Source: Candidatus Thorarchaeota archaeon (lineage in GTDB: Archaea; Asgardarchaeota; Thorarchaeia; Thorarchaeales; Thorarchaeaceae). Taken from it: a stretch of 38,800 nt of DNA. Below, piece after piece: positions 1-9,000 of this stretch. The stretch spans positions 2,245,050 through 2,283,849 of the forward strand of contig CP070761.1 in the NCBI GenBank assembly GCA_020348985.1. The letters run 5' to 3'. The notes under the pieces were generated by a model. The model was not told the origin of the DNA. It saw only the letters and a program-made list of their open reading frames with translations, and searched no databases. Position numbers and translations under genes: made by a program. Position 1 is the stretch's first letter, and each line of letters starts with the position of its first letter.

Positions 1-833
1 GGGAAGAACGTGTCTGTGGATTGTCGGTCAGCAAGAAGATTTAGCTCCTCGGTCAGACCCCTCTTTTGGACCTCAAGAAACGCACCTGTTGCTTCTTCCA
101 AAGACTTGAATCCGAAGTCGCCGTACACAGTATGCCTTGCCTTGGGGTATATCTTCAGTGTTACCTTGGTCTTTACACCGAGTGAGCCATGATCACCAAG
201 GAAGATTCCCGTAATGTCGTTGAAGTTTGAATATCGAGCGAATAGCTGTGCTTCTTTATTCCATCCCGTACCTGTCCTAATTACCTCGCCGTCTGGCAAA
301 ACTACCTCTAACGAAACAACCGCCTCAGTCGAAGGGCCAAACTTGGTTGCAGCATACCCGATGCTGTTGATACTCACCGAACCTCCAACAGTACCTACAT
401 TGCCGCCATATGGGCCCCGGAATCCAAGTTTGTAGCCCCGGTCGTCCAGTCTATGAATTAGCTCGGCCCAACGTAGCCCTGCCTCAACTGTGACGGTCAT
501 GACATCTTCGTTGATTTTAACAATACTATCCATCTTCGTCATGTCAAGCATAACCGAGTCCTTTGCTCTAGGCAAGCAAGCGCCGCAGATTCCGTTCCTG
601 CCTCCTGCGGGAACAAGGGGTGTCTTTGTCGTTGAGCAAAGCCGTACAATCTCCTGAACCTCCTCAACTGTCTCGGGCATAACAACTATACCCGGTCTTT
701 CGGCTGTCAAATGACACGCATCCTGTCGATATGACGAGATTATCACAGGACTGTCATTCACTCTTGATTCATCTGCTATCTCCACTAACTGCTGGAAGAG
801 CTTGTGGTTGGCAGAAGGTTTGATGCTTGACAT
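1..833 (-). CDS. FAD-binding oxidoreductase (GlcD/D-lactate dehydrogenase, FAD_binding_4 family), runs off the left edge of the window
   Basis: Absent from the ORF track because it is truncated. Manual translation from ATG 833 gives MSSIKPSANHKLFQQLVEIADESRV...RPGIVVMPETVEEVQEIVRLC...PLVPAGGRNGICGAC, the P-x-x-V-V-x-P-x-T-x-E-E-V and P-x-GG motifs of the FAD-binding PCMH domain. Confidence 0.85.
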   Translation of the reverse strand, partial: MSSIKPSANHKLFQQLVEIADESRVNDSPVIISSYRQDACHLTAERPGIVVMPETVEEVQEIVRLCSTTKTPLVPAGGRNGICGACLPRAKDSVMLDMTKMDSIVKINEDVMTVTVEAGLRWAELIHRLDDRGYKLGFRGPYGGNVGTVGGSVSINSIGYAATKFGPSTEAVVSLEVVLPDGEVIRTGTGWNKEAQLFARYSNFNDITGIFLGDHGSLGVKTKVTLKIYPKARHTVYGDFGFKSLEEATGAFLEVQKRGLTEELNLLADRQSTDTFF

Positions 834-941
834 TGCTCATCCCATTCTCGGTTCCAGTCTGCCGACTATAAGTAGTCAACGCCCCAAGGTGAAGAGAACC
901 CTTTATGTAATCTGCCAGATGAGGTTGGTACGTGTGTCAGG

Positions 942-1424
942 TTGAACAAGATTGCTGTCGTATTGGGTCGAGGAGGTCACACTGCACAAACCTTTGCACT
1001 TGTTGATCTTCTGGGAGACCGCTTTGACTACATGTATCTAATTGGTATTCTTGACCCCTTGACACGAAAGAAGGTGCGAATTCCTGGACGCGTTATGCCA
1101 GTAATCCCACCAAGACTCTTGCCACAGGACTCTCGATTGATGTCAGCCATCAGAACTGCTGGAACACTTCTGCTCGCACTCCTCTACTTCGTTATGACTA
1201 GACCAAAGGCAGTGATTAGTTGTGGAACGGGTCTCACAGTTCCCATATTCTATGCTGCAAAGATACTGAGGATTCGCACAGTCTTCATAGAGAGCATGTC
1301 TCGTGTTGAGAGCCTATCCAAGACAGGACGAATTCTTCTGGGCAAGACAGACCTATTCTTCGTTCAATGGAAATCATTGGCCGAAAAGGTTCCAATGGCT
1401 GAGTACGGAGGACAGCTACTATGA
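942..1424 (+). CDS. alg14: Alg14-like (PssD/Cps14F) UDP-GlcNAc transferase, acceptor-binding subunit
   Basis: GRGGHT N-terminal motif, ISCGTG, FIESMSRV and FFVQW. Overlaps the next gene by 4 nt (ATGA). Confidence 0.85.
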   Translation: MNKIAVVLGRGGHTAQTFALVDLLGDRFDYMYLIGILDPLTRKKVRIPGRVMPVIPPRLLPQDSRLMSAIRTAGTLLLALLYFVMTRPKAVISCGTGLTVPIFYAAKILRIRTVFIESMSRVESLSKTGRILLGKTDLFFVQWKSLAEKVPMAEYGGQLL

Positions 1425-1873
1425 TCTTCGTTACAGTTGGGACCGCACACTACAACCCCCTTATAGAAGAAATAGACCGTCTTGTGGGCTCGGGTGAGCT
1501 AGCGGATGCAGTAGTGGCCCAGATTGGCAGAGGAAGGTATGAGCCTGTAAACATTCCATTCTTCAGATTCATGAAGTCTCTGAGCCATGCCTACGATAAG
1601 GCAGAAATCATTGTTAGTACGGGCGGAGCTGGGACTACTCTTGAGTGTGTCACTCGGGGTCTCCGACTTGTTGTTGTCGAGAATACTACATTGATGGAAG
1701 GCCACCAAGCACAGCTCATCGGGGAAATGTCGCGAAGAGGTCACCTGATCTGGTGCGAGAATGTGGGTGACTTGCGCAAGTGTATTGAGATAGCTCGAGT
1801 CAAAGAGTTCTCACCATACGTTTCAGACAAACCACTTATGCACGAGATGATTTTCGATTTGCTAAAGGGCTAG
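1421..1873 (+). CDS. alg13: Alg13-like (GT28 C-terminal/PssE) UDP-GlcNAc transferase, donor-binding subunit
   Basis: MIFVTVGT, AQIG, STGGAGT and HQ motifs. Translationally coupled to the Alg14-like gene. Confidence 0.85.
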   Translation: MIFVTVGTAHYNPLIEEIDRLVGSGELADAVVAQIGRGRYEPVNIPFFRFMKSLSHAYDKAEIIVSTGGAGTTLECVTRGLRLVVVENTTLMEGHQAQLIGEMSRRGHLIWCENVGDLRKCIEIARVKEFSPYVSDKPLMHEMIFDLLKG

Positions 1874-1886
1874 TTCTCTAACGTTT

Positions 1887-1916
1887 TGGAAACAGGGTTT
1901 CCATTTGGCGCCAAAT
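1887..1916 (+). terminator. Two adjacent inverted repeats downstream of alg13 (putative 3' structure/terminator)
   Basis: TGGAAAC-AGG-GTTTCCA (1887-1903) and the perfect palindrome ATTTGGCGCCAAAT (1903-1916), starting 14 nt after the stop codon. Confidence 0.35.
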
Positions 1917-2097
1917 AGAGCTGGCGTGAAGATGAAGATTCAGCGAGGACTGAATGACTTCATACCCTCGTTGGTATGTGGATATTTCTCTGGGTATTAC
2001 GTAGCTATTGTCTGGATTTGATGTCTGATTTAAATGGGCAAAACACATATCTCCACTGGAAGTTAAGGTCAGTAACGACCGCTTTGCGAGTTGAAAC

Positions 2098-2856
2098 ATG
2101 TTGAGCAAGAGTAAGAAGTCCACACAAAAAGCCAAACCCAAACTAATCCGCCCTCGTGGAATTGGCCTCTCTGTCAAGTTGTTCAAGCATGAGGGGTTGA
2201 ATCTTTCCGCAAGTCAGCTGGCTTCGCTCTTCAAGAAAGCCCCCTATGCCCCCGCGAAGAAGAGCGACATTGCATCAGGATTCTCAAAGGCGAAAGCTGT
2301 GGGGAAGACAGTAACTGCAGATTTTACGGCGGGATTCCGTGTACCGGTCCTTGCGTTTGGTGAGGATGTTCCGGTTCATTACATCAGTGTTGACCGAGGA
2401 TCAGTAGTAGTGAAACTGGACAAAGGCACTGCAGAAGTCCGGGGATCTGGTCGCATTGCAAGTAGATTCCGCAGATGGGTTCAGAAAGAGACCAGAGCGA
2501 AGATGCAGCCCCTAAACCTAAATGGAGGAACAAGGAAGGTATATGATACTGCTTCCGATATAGCGACAGTGCTCTTGGCAGGACTTGAAGGTACGACATC
2601 TGATCTCAGCGGTGTCGAGTTTAGAGGTTCGGGAATACAGACTGCTGATGAAATAGCGCTTTACACGAGGAAATACAAAGGTGAGATTGTTCGCTTCCGA
2701 GGGACTTTCCCGTATCCCAGCGGACAACAACTGACGACGAGTGTCAACGCACTTACTGGCTCCATCTTCATCTACAAGTGGGGCGAAGGCATTTACGAGA
2801 AGGACTTGAACTGGATAGTCTCGTTGCTGGAAGACGCAGCGCTCAGTGCGATGTAG
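2098..2856 (+). CDS. Basic hypothetical protein, possibly RdgC/DUF4747-like nucleic-acid-binding fold
   Basis: 252 aa ORF with a Lys-rich N-terminus. LASLFKKAPYAP...SGF followed by beta-rich segments is only loosely RdgC-like. Confidence 0.6.
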   Translation: MLSKSKKSTQKAKPKLIRPRGIGLSVKLFKHEGLNLSASQLASLFKKAPYAPAKKSDIASGFSKAKAVGKTVTADFTAGFRVPVLAFGEDVPVHYISVDRGSVVVKLDKGTAEVRGSGRIASRFRRWVQKETRAKMQPLNLNGGTRKVYDTASDIATVLLAGLEGTTSDLSGVEFRGSGIQTADEIALYTRKYKGEIVRFRGTFPYPSGQQLTTSVNALTGSIFIYKWGEGIYEKDLNWIVSLLEDAALSAM

Positions 2857-2865
2857 GAGAGAGAA

Positions 2866-2883
2866 AGGGCCGACAGTGGCCCT
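2866..2883. terminator. Hairpin between convergent genes
   Basis: AGGGCC-GACAGT-GGCCCT with a purine-rich left flank and a pyrimidine-rich right flank. Confidence 0.4.
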
Positions 2884-2936
2884 CTTCCCTCTTGCTTTCG
2901 CCATGAGTGAAATCAGCTGCTATCTTAGACCTATGC

Positions 2937-3218
2937 TCACTCTCTTTTCTTCCCGATGATCGTTCTGGTGTTTTCAACATACCATCTGTTTCTATCTCTA
3001 AACTTCGGCCAGAAGCTGAAGAATGACTCTGGATTCGGCGTCTCAATCAAGAGAAACCCATTCCACTCAGTACCCCATGCGTATGAGTAATCGCCAACCA
3101 GAGTGAGATCTTCTGGCCATTCCTGACTTGAGAATGTATCCCAAGTCTCCCGCGCTTTGTCTTTCTCTTCTTGTGTCAAGAGTCTGAGTCTGTAAAATAC
3201 ACAGAAGGCATAGGTCAT
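2937..3218 (-). CDS. Small hypothetical protein, probable dimeric alpha/beta-barrel (GYD/DUF3303-like)
   Basis: 93 aa from ATG 3218 (MTYAFCVFYRL...LVGDYSYAWGTEWNGFLLIE...TRTIIG), a ferredoxin-like beta-alpha-beta-beta-alpha-beta pattern. The longer ORF-track start overlaps the next gene. Confidence 0.6.
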   Translation of the reverse strand: MTYAFCVFYRLRLLTQEEKDKARETWDTFSSQEWPEDLTLVGDYSYAWGTEWNGFLLIETPNPESFFSFWPKFRDRNRWYVENTRTIIGKKRE

Positions 3219-3290
3219 GAGACTGTCCCCAAACACTACAGACTTGCGGTGCATTAAAAAGATTGAGTCATGATTTTTCGTTGAGAGCAC

Positions 3291-4022
3291 ATGCTTGACG
3301 GCTCCGATGAGATTGTGGGTAGGGATATTCAGCATGGAAAGGTGGCCTACAGGTTCCAGTGGAACAAGTCGAATCACAAGCGCCTCGGGGCATCTGAAGG
3401 GGACTTGTCTTCACTCTGGGCACACCTCCTAGCGATTCGTGCTGGCAAGTTGCCAGAGGAGCCTTTCAGCAGTCCATTCTATACTCGAGCATCAGTGCTC
3501 AAATTCACCAAGATGGCGAATCATAGGAGAGTAGGTTTAAGGAATAAGCTGATGAAGAAAGGCAAAGTTCAGAGTATCATTGATCACGACCTTGTGTCGA
3601 AGCTTCGAGAATATCACCGAGCAAGGAATGACGATACGTACACTGCAGACCATGTAATCCTTCAAGACTTCCTGCTGCATGATCCTGCATCAATCGCGAT
3701 AGAGGTCCCTGTCTGGTCAGAAAGATTTGGGCTTTCTGGTCACGTGGATCTTGTTCGATTCGTTGACGACGAAATTCAGGTTTGTGACTACAAACCTGGG
3801 AAACTAGACAACACAAGTAAGAGGTTCCTTGACTCGATCCCCCAGGTCGCCGCATACGGAGAAATGATGACTCATCATCTCGCAGGTACTCTTAGGTCTG
3901 CAGACGAATCTGTGCTTCTTCCAAAAGTGACCTGTTGTATATTCGACACTCATTCTTGTTGGCAGTTTGGTGCCGATCTATTCATCACTCTTCAAGCATC
4001 AAACATCATAGAAGGGATCTAG
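3291..4022 (+). CDS. PD-(D/E)XK nuclease (RecB/Cas4-like superfamily)
   Basis: H...AIEVPVW...LSGHVDLV...VCDYKP...PQVAAYG gives motifs I-III plus the QxxxY motif. Confidence 0.8.
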   Translation: MLDGSDEIVGRDIQHGKVAYRFQWNKSNHKRLGASEGDLSSLWAHLLAIRAGKLPEEPFSSPFYTRASVLKFTKMANHRRVGLRNKLMKKGKVQSIIDHDLVSKLREYHRARNDDTYTADHVILQDFLLHDPASIAIEVPVWSERFGLSGHVDLVRFVDDEIQVCDYKPGKLDNTSKRFLDSIPQVAAYGEMMTHHLAGTLRSADESVLLPKVTCCIFDTHSCWQFGADLFITLQASNIIEGI

Positions 4023-4864
4023 TATTCGCCATTGCGGAGCACAGACATTTTCACTTCTTCTTCAATTGATACCGAATCCCCCCGCCGTGCCGCTCCGGAG
4101 CTATTCCACTTAAGCTGGATTGTTGGCCGTTCAGACACAAGCCCCTCTCGTATTCTCGAGAAGTAGTACTCATTCAAGGTGCCGTACGAGCCCAATGCAG
4201 GATCAACAGGGACCCAACCCAACCTTTGCAGATAGACCTCGCTCCAAGCATGAGGTTCTGGCTCCTCACTCCTGTAGAAGTGTCCCACTACTCTTCTAGC
4301 TGGGATTCCTACCGCCCTGTTAAGAGCAACAAAGAGGTCGGCGAATTCGTCGCAATCTCCCTCCTTGCTTCTCGCAGCATCAGCCGCCCCGCGTCGGTGG
4401 TCAAGATGTGTTCTCAACTTGACAGTATTCCGCACAATCTCGTAGGCCAATCTGGAGTACGATTCGTCGTTGTTGCTCCGTTCTGCAATGCTCTGTGATA
4501 TATCTTGGACGAGAGCGTCCTCGGTCTCCCAATAGGGGTGCATTCTGGTAAGAGTGCCGCGCATCCGCTTCATTTCAGACTCAGAAAGCGGCTGGGGCTC
4601 AATCAGCCAGTCTCTAGTTGTCGTGTCGATCCGGAGAACTACTGTAGGAGAGAAACTCTCGCCAGGGTTTAGCTTGGGCACTTTCATTACTGCGACCATA
4701 TTGTTCTCTGCTTTCTCAACAACTCTTGCTGGCGGAAATACATCAAAACTGGTTACGAATTGATTACCCATGTCTGTGAAGAGATGCCAAATCATCCTGC
4801 CATCTCTTATCTTGGTTCCACTGATGTTGTTGATCGTGGCTTGCATATCAATCATTAAGCGCAA
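4019..4864 (-). CDS. Transglutaminase-like domain protein (Cys-His-Asp triad)
   Basis: GDCDEFADLFVALNRAVGIPAR, HAWSEVY and GWVPVDP. Confidence 0.9.
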   Translation of the reverse strand: MRLMIDMQATINNISGTKIRDGRMIWHLFTDMGNQFVTSFDVFPPARVVEKAENNMVAVMKVPKLNPGESFSPTVVLRIDTTTRDWLIEPQPLSESEMKRMRGTLTRMHPYWETEDALVQDISQSIAERSNNDESYSRLAYEIVRNTVKLRTHLDHRRGAADAARSKEGDCDEFADLFVALNRAVGIPARRVVGHFYRSEEPEPHAWSEVYLQRLGWVPVDPALGSYGTLNEYYFSRIREGLVSERPTIQLKWNSSGAARRGDSVSIEEEVKMSVLRNGEY

Positions 4865-4975
4865 TTTTGAACCCCAACATCAATTCAAGTTGGTGCCTTC
4901 TGCGAATAGATTTATGTGTTGTTAGCAGTTCTTCACCTCTATCTGCTAGTTCGGAACTACTTGTGAGGATTGCTC

Positions 4976-6421
4976 ATGCCAGATGACAAAGAACCCGGCG
5001 GCAAAAAGGGAGACGTAGTCGACGACATGCTGTCTGAACTTGGTGTCGACGAAGAGATGAAAGAAGAGCTAATTGCCTCAGGCCGACTCAAGAGCGATGC
5101 GGTTCGAGTTGAGTCCGCGGATGAGGTTCGGAGACGTATCGATATCGAGAAGAGCATGGAGCGTCTGAGAGACAGCTTGAACCTTGTTGAACGCAAGCTC
5201 ATGACTATAGACGAGACTACTGACAGGATTGAACGCGACCTGATCCCTGTTATTCTCTCGTTTCTTGTTGGTCTAAAAGGAAACCTCGTGAATATCCGTG
5301 ATACAATAGCAGCGAGGAGCAAGAGTAGGGCAAAAACTGCACTCCAATCGACCTACGTAGAATCGGAAGTCAAACCAATAATCGAAGAGGAGTTTGCAGG
5401 TATTGAGGCGTCATTGACATCTGGTATGTCCGAACCTGTTCTTGAGAAAGTAAGGGACATAACTGACGGACTCAAGGCTGCTCTCAAGGTGACAGTTGAG
5501 GAGCTGACGACACTCAAGGGGAGCGTTGATGATTTCACTCAACGTTCTTCTACTGAGGTCGAATTCCTGGCGAAGCAACTAGCTCTAAAACCCAAGGTCG
5601 AGACTCCCAAAGAGGTAGCTGAGGAGCTGAAGGCTATTCAACGAAAGGTGGAGGAACTTGAACGAGAACTTGGAATAGCGAATCAGAAACTGGAAACCAG
5701 AGAATCAAACATCAAAGGTCTGCAAGATGAGATTGCAAGGACAAAGGCCCAGAATGAAGAAATGGAATCAACAATCGCTGCTTTGCGAGGTACTCCAACT
5801 GATACGGCACAGGTTGCTGAGTTGAGGCAGAAGATAAAGGCTCTTGAAGCATCGAGAGAGCTTCTCGAAGAAAAGGTCAAGGAAGCGAATAAAGCCGAAG
5901 AGGAAATACGTAGTAGGGGCAGTCAACTTCGAGGAGAGATTGATCAGAAGGACATCCAAATAGGCGACCTTCGGGGGCGTATCAGACAACTCGAGGAGGA
6001 TATCTCCAAGACCGCAGACAAATTGGCAGAGGTGGAGGATTTGAGGGCGAGGCTACGCTCCTACGAAGCGGGTGATCAGGCGAGAGAGACCGCTAGGATC
6101 AAGGCTGAGCTTGAACGAGTCGGTGCCGCACATGAGCGGCTCACTAATGATCACACCGAAACCCTCGAGAGACTCAGGGTAGCCGAGAGTATGAGAGATG
6201 CGTATCTGGCAATCATGAAGATAAGCGACAAGACCAAAGCGTATCTGACGGTACAGGACCAAGGGTCCATGACAATTCGTGAACTCGCAAGATCTCTCGG
6301 AGTGTCCCCTGCGACTGTAACAACTTGGGCGGAAGACTATGAGCGACTAGGAATCGCCAAGATTATAGATGGGACGACGATAGTAGTTGACTTTGGGGAC
6401 AAAGAACCGAGCTCAGAATGA
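4976..6421 (+). CDS. Long coiled-coil protein with C-terminal helix-turn-helix
   Basis: Heptad-rich E/K/R/L composition over about 350 aa. C-terminal MTIRELARSLGVSPATVTTWAEDYERLGIAKI is a winged HTH. No Walker motifs. Confidence 0.8.
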   Translation: MPDDKEPGGKKGDVVDDMLSELGVDEEMKEELIASGRLKSDAVRVESADEVRRRIDIEKSMERLRDSLNLVERKLMTIDETTDRIERDLIPVILSFLVGLKGNLVNIRDTIAARSKSRAKTALQSTYVESEVKPIIEEEFAGIEASLTSGMSEPVLEKVRDITDGLKAALKVTVEELTTLKGSVDDFTQRSSTEVEFLAKQLALKPKVETPKEVAEELKAIQRKVEELERELGIANQKLETRESNIKGLQDEIARTKAQNEEMESTIAALRGTPTDTAQVAELRQKIKALEASRELLEEKVKEANKAEEEIRSRGSQLRGEIDQKDIQIGDLRGRIRQLEEDISKTADKLAEVEDLRARLRSYEAGDQARETARIKAELERVGAAHERLTNDHTETLERLRVAESMRDAYLAIMKISDKTKAYLTVQDQGSMTIRELARSLGVSPATVTTWAEDYERLGIAKIIDGTTIVVDFGDKEPSSE

Positions 6422-6424
6422 TAC

Positions 6425-6868
6425 TCAGGCTGGTCTCACTCGTCTTATGAACTTCATAGTCTCAATGAGTCCGCTGATTTTCACTGCACTATCATAGAGC
6501 TCCTCCACCTTGGATGTGCTACGACTGCTTCCTTCCAAGTACTCTCGCACGGCGGGCCTCAACACACTGTCTAGGAAGACTCCACGCAAACTCGACAAGG
6601 ATGCCAGAAAGTGGGAGTCTAGTTGTCCAGCTTCAAGTGCACTCAACACTTCTGCATATTCCTCTCGACATGAACCGTCCTTTACTTGCTCGACGCTCTT
6701 GCTGCTCAGGAACTGCCGAACAAGATCCCTGTACTCGTCAGTGGCTCGCGCTGGGTCTGACACTGCGAGATACTTCGTCTCAGAACAGCGATTGAGAAAC
6801 GGTCTGTTCCTTTCAGATATCTTTTCTAGCAGCCCACCTACAGACTTCATGTCACGACCTTTAGTCAT
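6425..6868 (-). CDS. Hypothetical all-alpha protein
   Basis: Protein-like C-terminal part of ORF 6425..7138, starting at ATG 6868 or 6850. Fills the gap between two + strand genes. Confidence 0.55.
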   Translation of the reverse strand: MTKGRDMKSVGGLLEKISERNRPFLNRCSETKYLAVSDPARATDEYRDLVRQFLSSKSVEQVKDGSCREEYAEVLSALEAGQLDSHFLASLSSLRGVFLDSVLRPAVREYLEGSSRSTSKVEELYDSAVKISGLIETMKFIRRVRPA

Positions 6869-7011
6869 GGAGCATGACCACGACTCATTTGCAATCTTCG
6901 CTTTTAAAGAGCTACAGCCACTCGAAACGAATCCATTTCTGCTCTTGATGATAACAGCTAACTGTATCAGACCGCAAGAGGAATAAGATGAACTGTGAGT
7001 CCTTCTCCGAG

Positions 7012-8058
7012 ATGAGAGAGGCAAAACTCTACTCCAGGACCCCCGGCGGCATTCGATGTGACCTCTGTGCTCGCCGCTGTGTCTTGGGAGAAGGCGAAAC
7101 TGGCTTCTGCCGAGTAAGAGTAGTAGAGAATGACACACTCAAATCAATGGTCTACGGTCTAATAGATGGAATGGCAGCCGATCCCATTGAAAAGAAGCCT
7201 CTGTTCCATTTCGCTCCAGGCTCAAAGACGTTCTCCATTAGCTCTTCATCGTGTAATTTCCGATGTCAATTCTGTCTCAACTACCATTCAGCCCACAGAA
7301 ATTCACCCGTCGGTGAATCATTGACTCCTGAGGATATAGTGAAGCTTGCTATGAATCAAGATTGCACCGGCATCACGTATACGTATACAGAACCAACGGT
7401 GTTCTGGGAGTTTGCAACCGACACCGCCCAGATTGCCCACTCTAATGGGATGTTCAACACCATTGTCACAAATGGCTACATGACTCCAGAAGCCATCGAA
7501 ATGATGACTCCAAATCTGGATGCCGCATCAATCAATTTCAAGGGCAGTGGAAACAAGGACTTCTACCAGAAACTAATGTCGGTTCCTAAGGTAGAACCTA
7601 TCTACAAGTCAATGGAGGTCCTGAAGGAGAAGGGAGTCTTCATTGAGATCACAAACTTGATCATTCCAGAGGTCGGCGATTTCGAAGATGATACTCGTCA
7701 AATGGCAAAGTGGATAGTTGACAATCTTGGATCTGGTACGCCATTTCATATCATAGCTTTCGCGCCCACATACAAAATGACTCACCTCCCACGGACGCCT
7801 CCTGCAACACTTGAACGCCACATTCGAATTGCAAGAGAAGCAGGTCTTACCTTCGTTTACTCAGGAAACATAGCAGGTCACGACTACGAAGACACCTACT
7901 GCCCCAATTGCGGCACACGTGCTGTTGAACGATATTCCGTCTTTCTGAAGTCAAATAACCTAGATGAGAAGGGTCGGTGCCCCAAATGCCATAAGGACTT
8001 GAACATGGCTGGAATCAATTGGATGGTTCGAGGTCGTGGTCGTGCAAGGTTCTTCTGA
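7012..8058 (+). CDS. amrS: AmmeMemoRadiSam system radical SAM enzyme
   Basis: CDLCARRC...GFCRVR, DPIEKKPLFHF, CNFRCQFC (CX3CX2C), YTYTEP, and C-terminal TYCPNCG...CPKC. Confidence 0.9.
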   Translation: MREAKLYSRTPGGIRCDLCARRCVLGEGETGFCRVRVVENDTLKSMVYGLIDGMAADPIEKKPLFHFAPGSKTFSISSSSCNFRCQFCLNYHSAHRNSPVGESLTPEDIVKLAMNQDCTGITYTYTEPTVFWEFATDTAQIAHSNGMFNTIVTNGYMTPEAIEMMTPNLDAASINFKGSGNKDFYQKLMSVPKVEPIYKSMEVLKEKGVFIEITNLIIPEVGDFEDDTRQMAKWIVDNLGSGTPFHIIAFAPTYKMTHLPRTPPATLERHIRIAREAGLTFVYSGNIAGHDYEDTYCPNCGTRAVERYSVFLKSNNLDEKGRCPKCHKDLNMAGINWMVRGRGRARFF

Positions 8059-8962
8059 GGCGAGACAGTTGCACGTAGTGGACATTAAGTGGCGTTCAGC
8101 GTCATCTGGAAACTTCGAACTTGGCTTCCTAAGCTGGCCTCAGGATAGCAGCGAAGTTGAGTTTCATCTACTTCGAATCGGCCAGGCGATATCTTGGGAA
8201 ATTCTTGGGCCCAGACTCTGTGTTGGATATCGGGATTCTGACGGTCGTCTTGTTGAATGTCCTGAGCGGAGCACAATCTTGAGACACGGAACGCGGTGCG
8301 GACCTTGTTCTGCAATGGACAACTATGATGCCTGTATGCGCTGTGACGGAAAGGACTGCACTGCTTCGGCGGAGAGAAGAAGGGCTTGCAAGGAATCCGA
8401 ATATGCGGTCTACTTGGCTCTATTTGGTGAGTCCACAGTTAAAGTGGGGGTGTCTACTCTTCGAAGGGTCCAAATAAGATGGATTGAGCAGGGTGCCGAC
8501 TACGGAGTGGTCCTCAGTGTTATCAAGGATGGCCAGGAGGCACGGCGCCTAGAGTCTCTGCTAGACAAGCTGTCTTCCGTGGTGAAACAGGTGAGGAGCA
8601 GTCGCAAAGTGAGCGGACTTCATGCAAAGATGACCCCCTCAATGGCCAAAGCGGCGCTCGAGGGCTTCTTGGAGTCCCAAACAGTCATCAAGAGATCAGA
8701 CATATTCGAAATAACCGACCTTTCGCAATATTATGATCTTGGCGGTTTGGATGCGAGGCCACAAATGTGGTTCAAGAACTCAGATCAAGTTGCTGGCCAA
8801 AAGATGCTTGGCGAGATTGTAGGTGCAAAGGGTTCTCTGCTCGTCACTAGAATAGCAGGGAGTTACAAGGTAGCAGACTTGAGGCGTCTAGTTGGTTACA
8901 CAATCTCCATGGATGCGGAGATAGAGATATCGACACAATCTGGTTTAGATGACTTCATCTGA
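8036..8962 (+). CDS. DUF2797-family zinc-binding protein
   Basis: Cys cluster (CVG, CP, CGPC, CMRC, C, C), then AVYLA...VKVGVS...RWIEQGA and GEIVGAKG. Start codon uncertain. Confidence 0.75.
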   Translation: MVVQGSSEARQLHVVDIKWRSASSGNFELGFLSWPQDSSEVEFHLLRIGQAISWEILGPRLCVGYRDSDGRLVECPERSTILRHGTRCGPCSAMDNYDACMRCDGKDCTASAERRRACKESEYAVYLALFGESTVKVGVSTLRRVQIRWIEQGADYGVVLSVIKDGQEARRLESLLDKLSSVVKQVRSSRKVSGLHAKMTPSMAKAALEGFLESQTVIKRSDIFEITDLSQYYDLGGLDARPQMWFKNSDQVAGQKMLGEIVGAKGSLLVTRIAGSYKVADLRRLVGYTISMDAEIEISTQSGLDDFI

Positions 8963-9000
8963 CGAACCTTTTATTGGGCGTAGTAGGAACATCGAACGCG

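Noticed and set aside
1878-2186. 102 aa minus-strand ORF, and the many other short ORFs nested in or antisense to the called genes (e.g. 10008-10646, 19572-20036, 37577-38158)
   Set aside because: They overlap well-supported genes, have Ser-rich shadow composition and show no motifs.
3291-4022. CRISPR-associated Cas4 / CRISPR locus
   Set aside because: No repeat-spacer array or other cas genes, and the Cas4 Fe-S cysteine pattern is not evident.
4019-4864. Peptide:N-glycanase (PNGase) completing the ERAD-like set
   Set aside because: Shares only the generic transglutaminase triad, lacks the PNGase CxxC zinc pairs, and lies about 12 kb from the cluster.
4976-6421. SMC/Rad50 ATPase or Wadjet JetC
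   Set aside because: No Walker A/B, signature motif, hinge or zinc hook.
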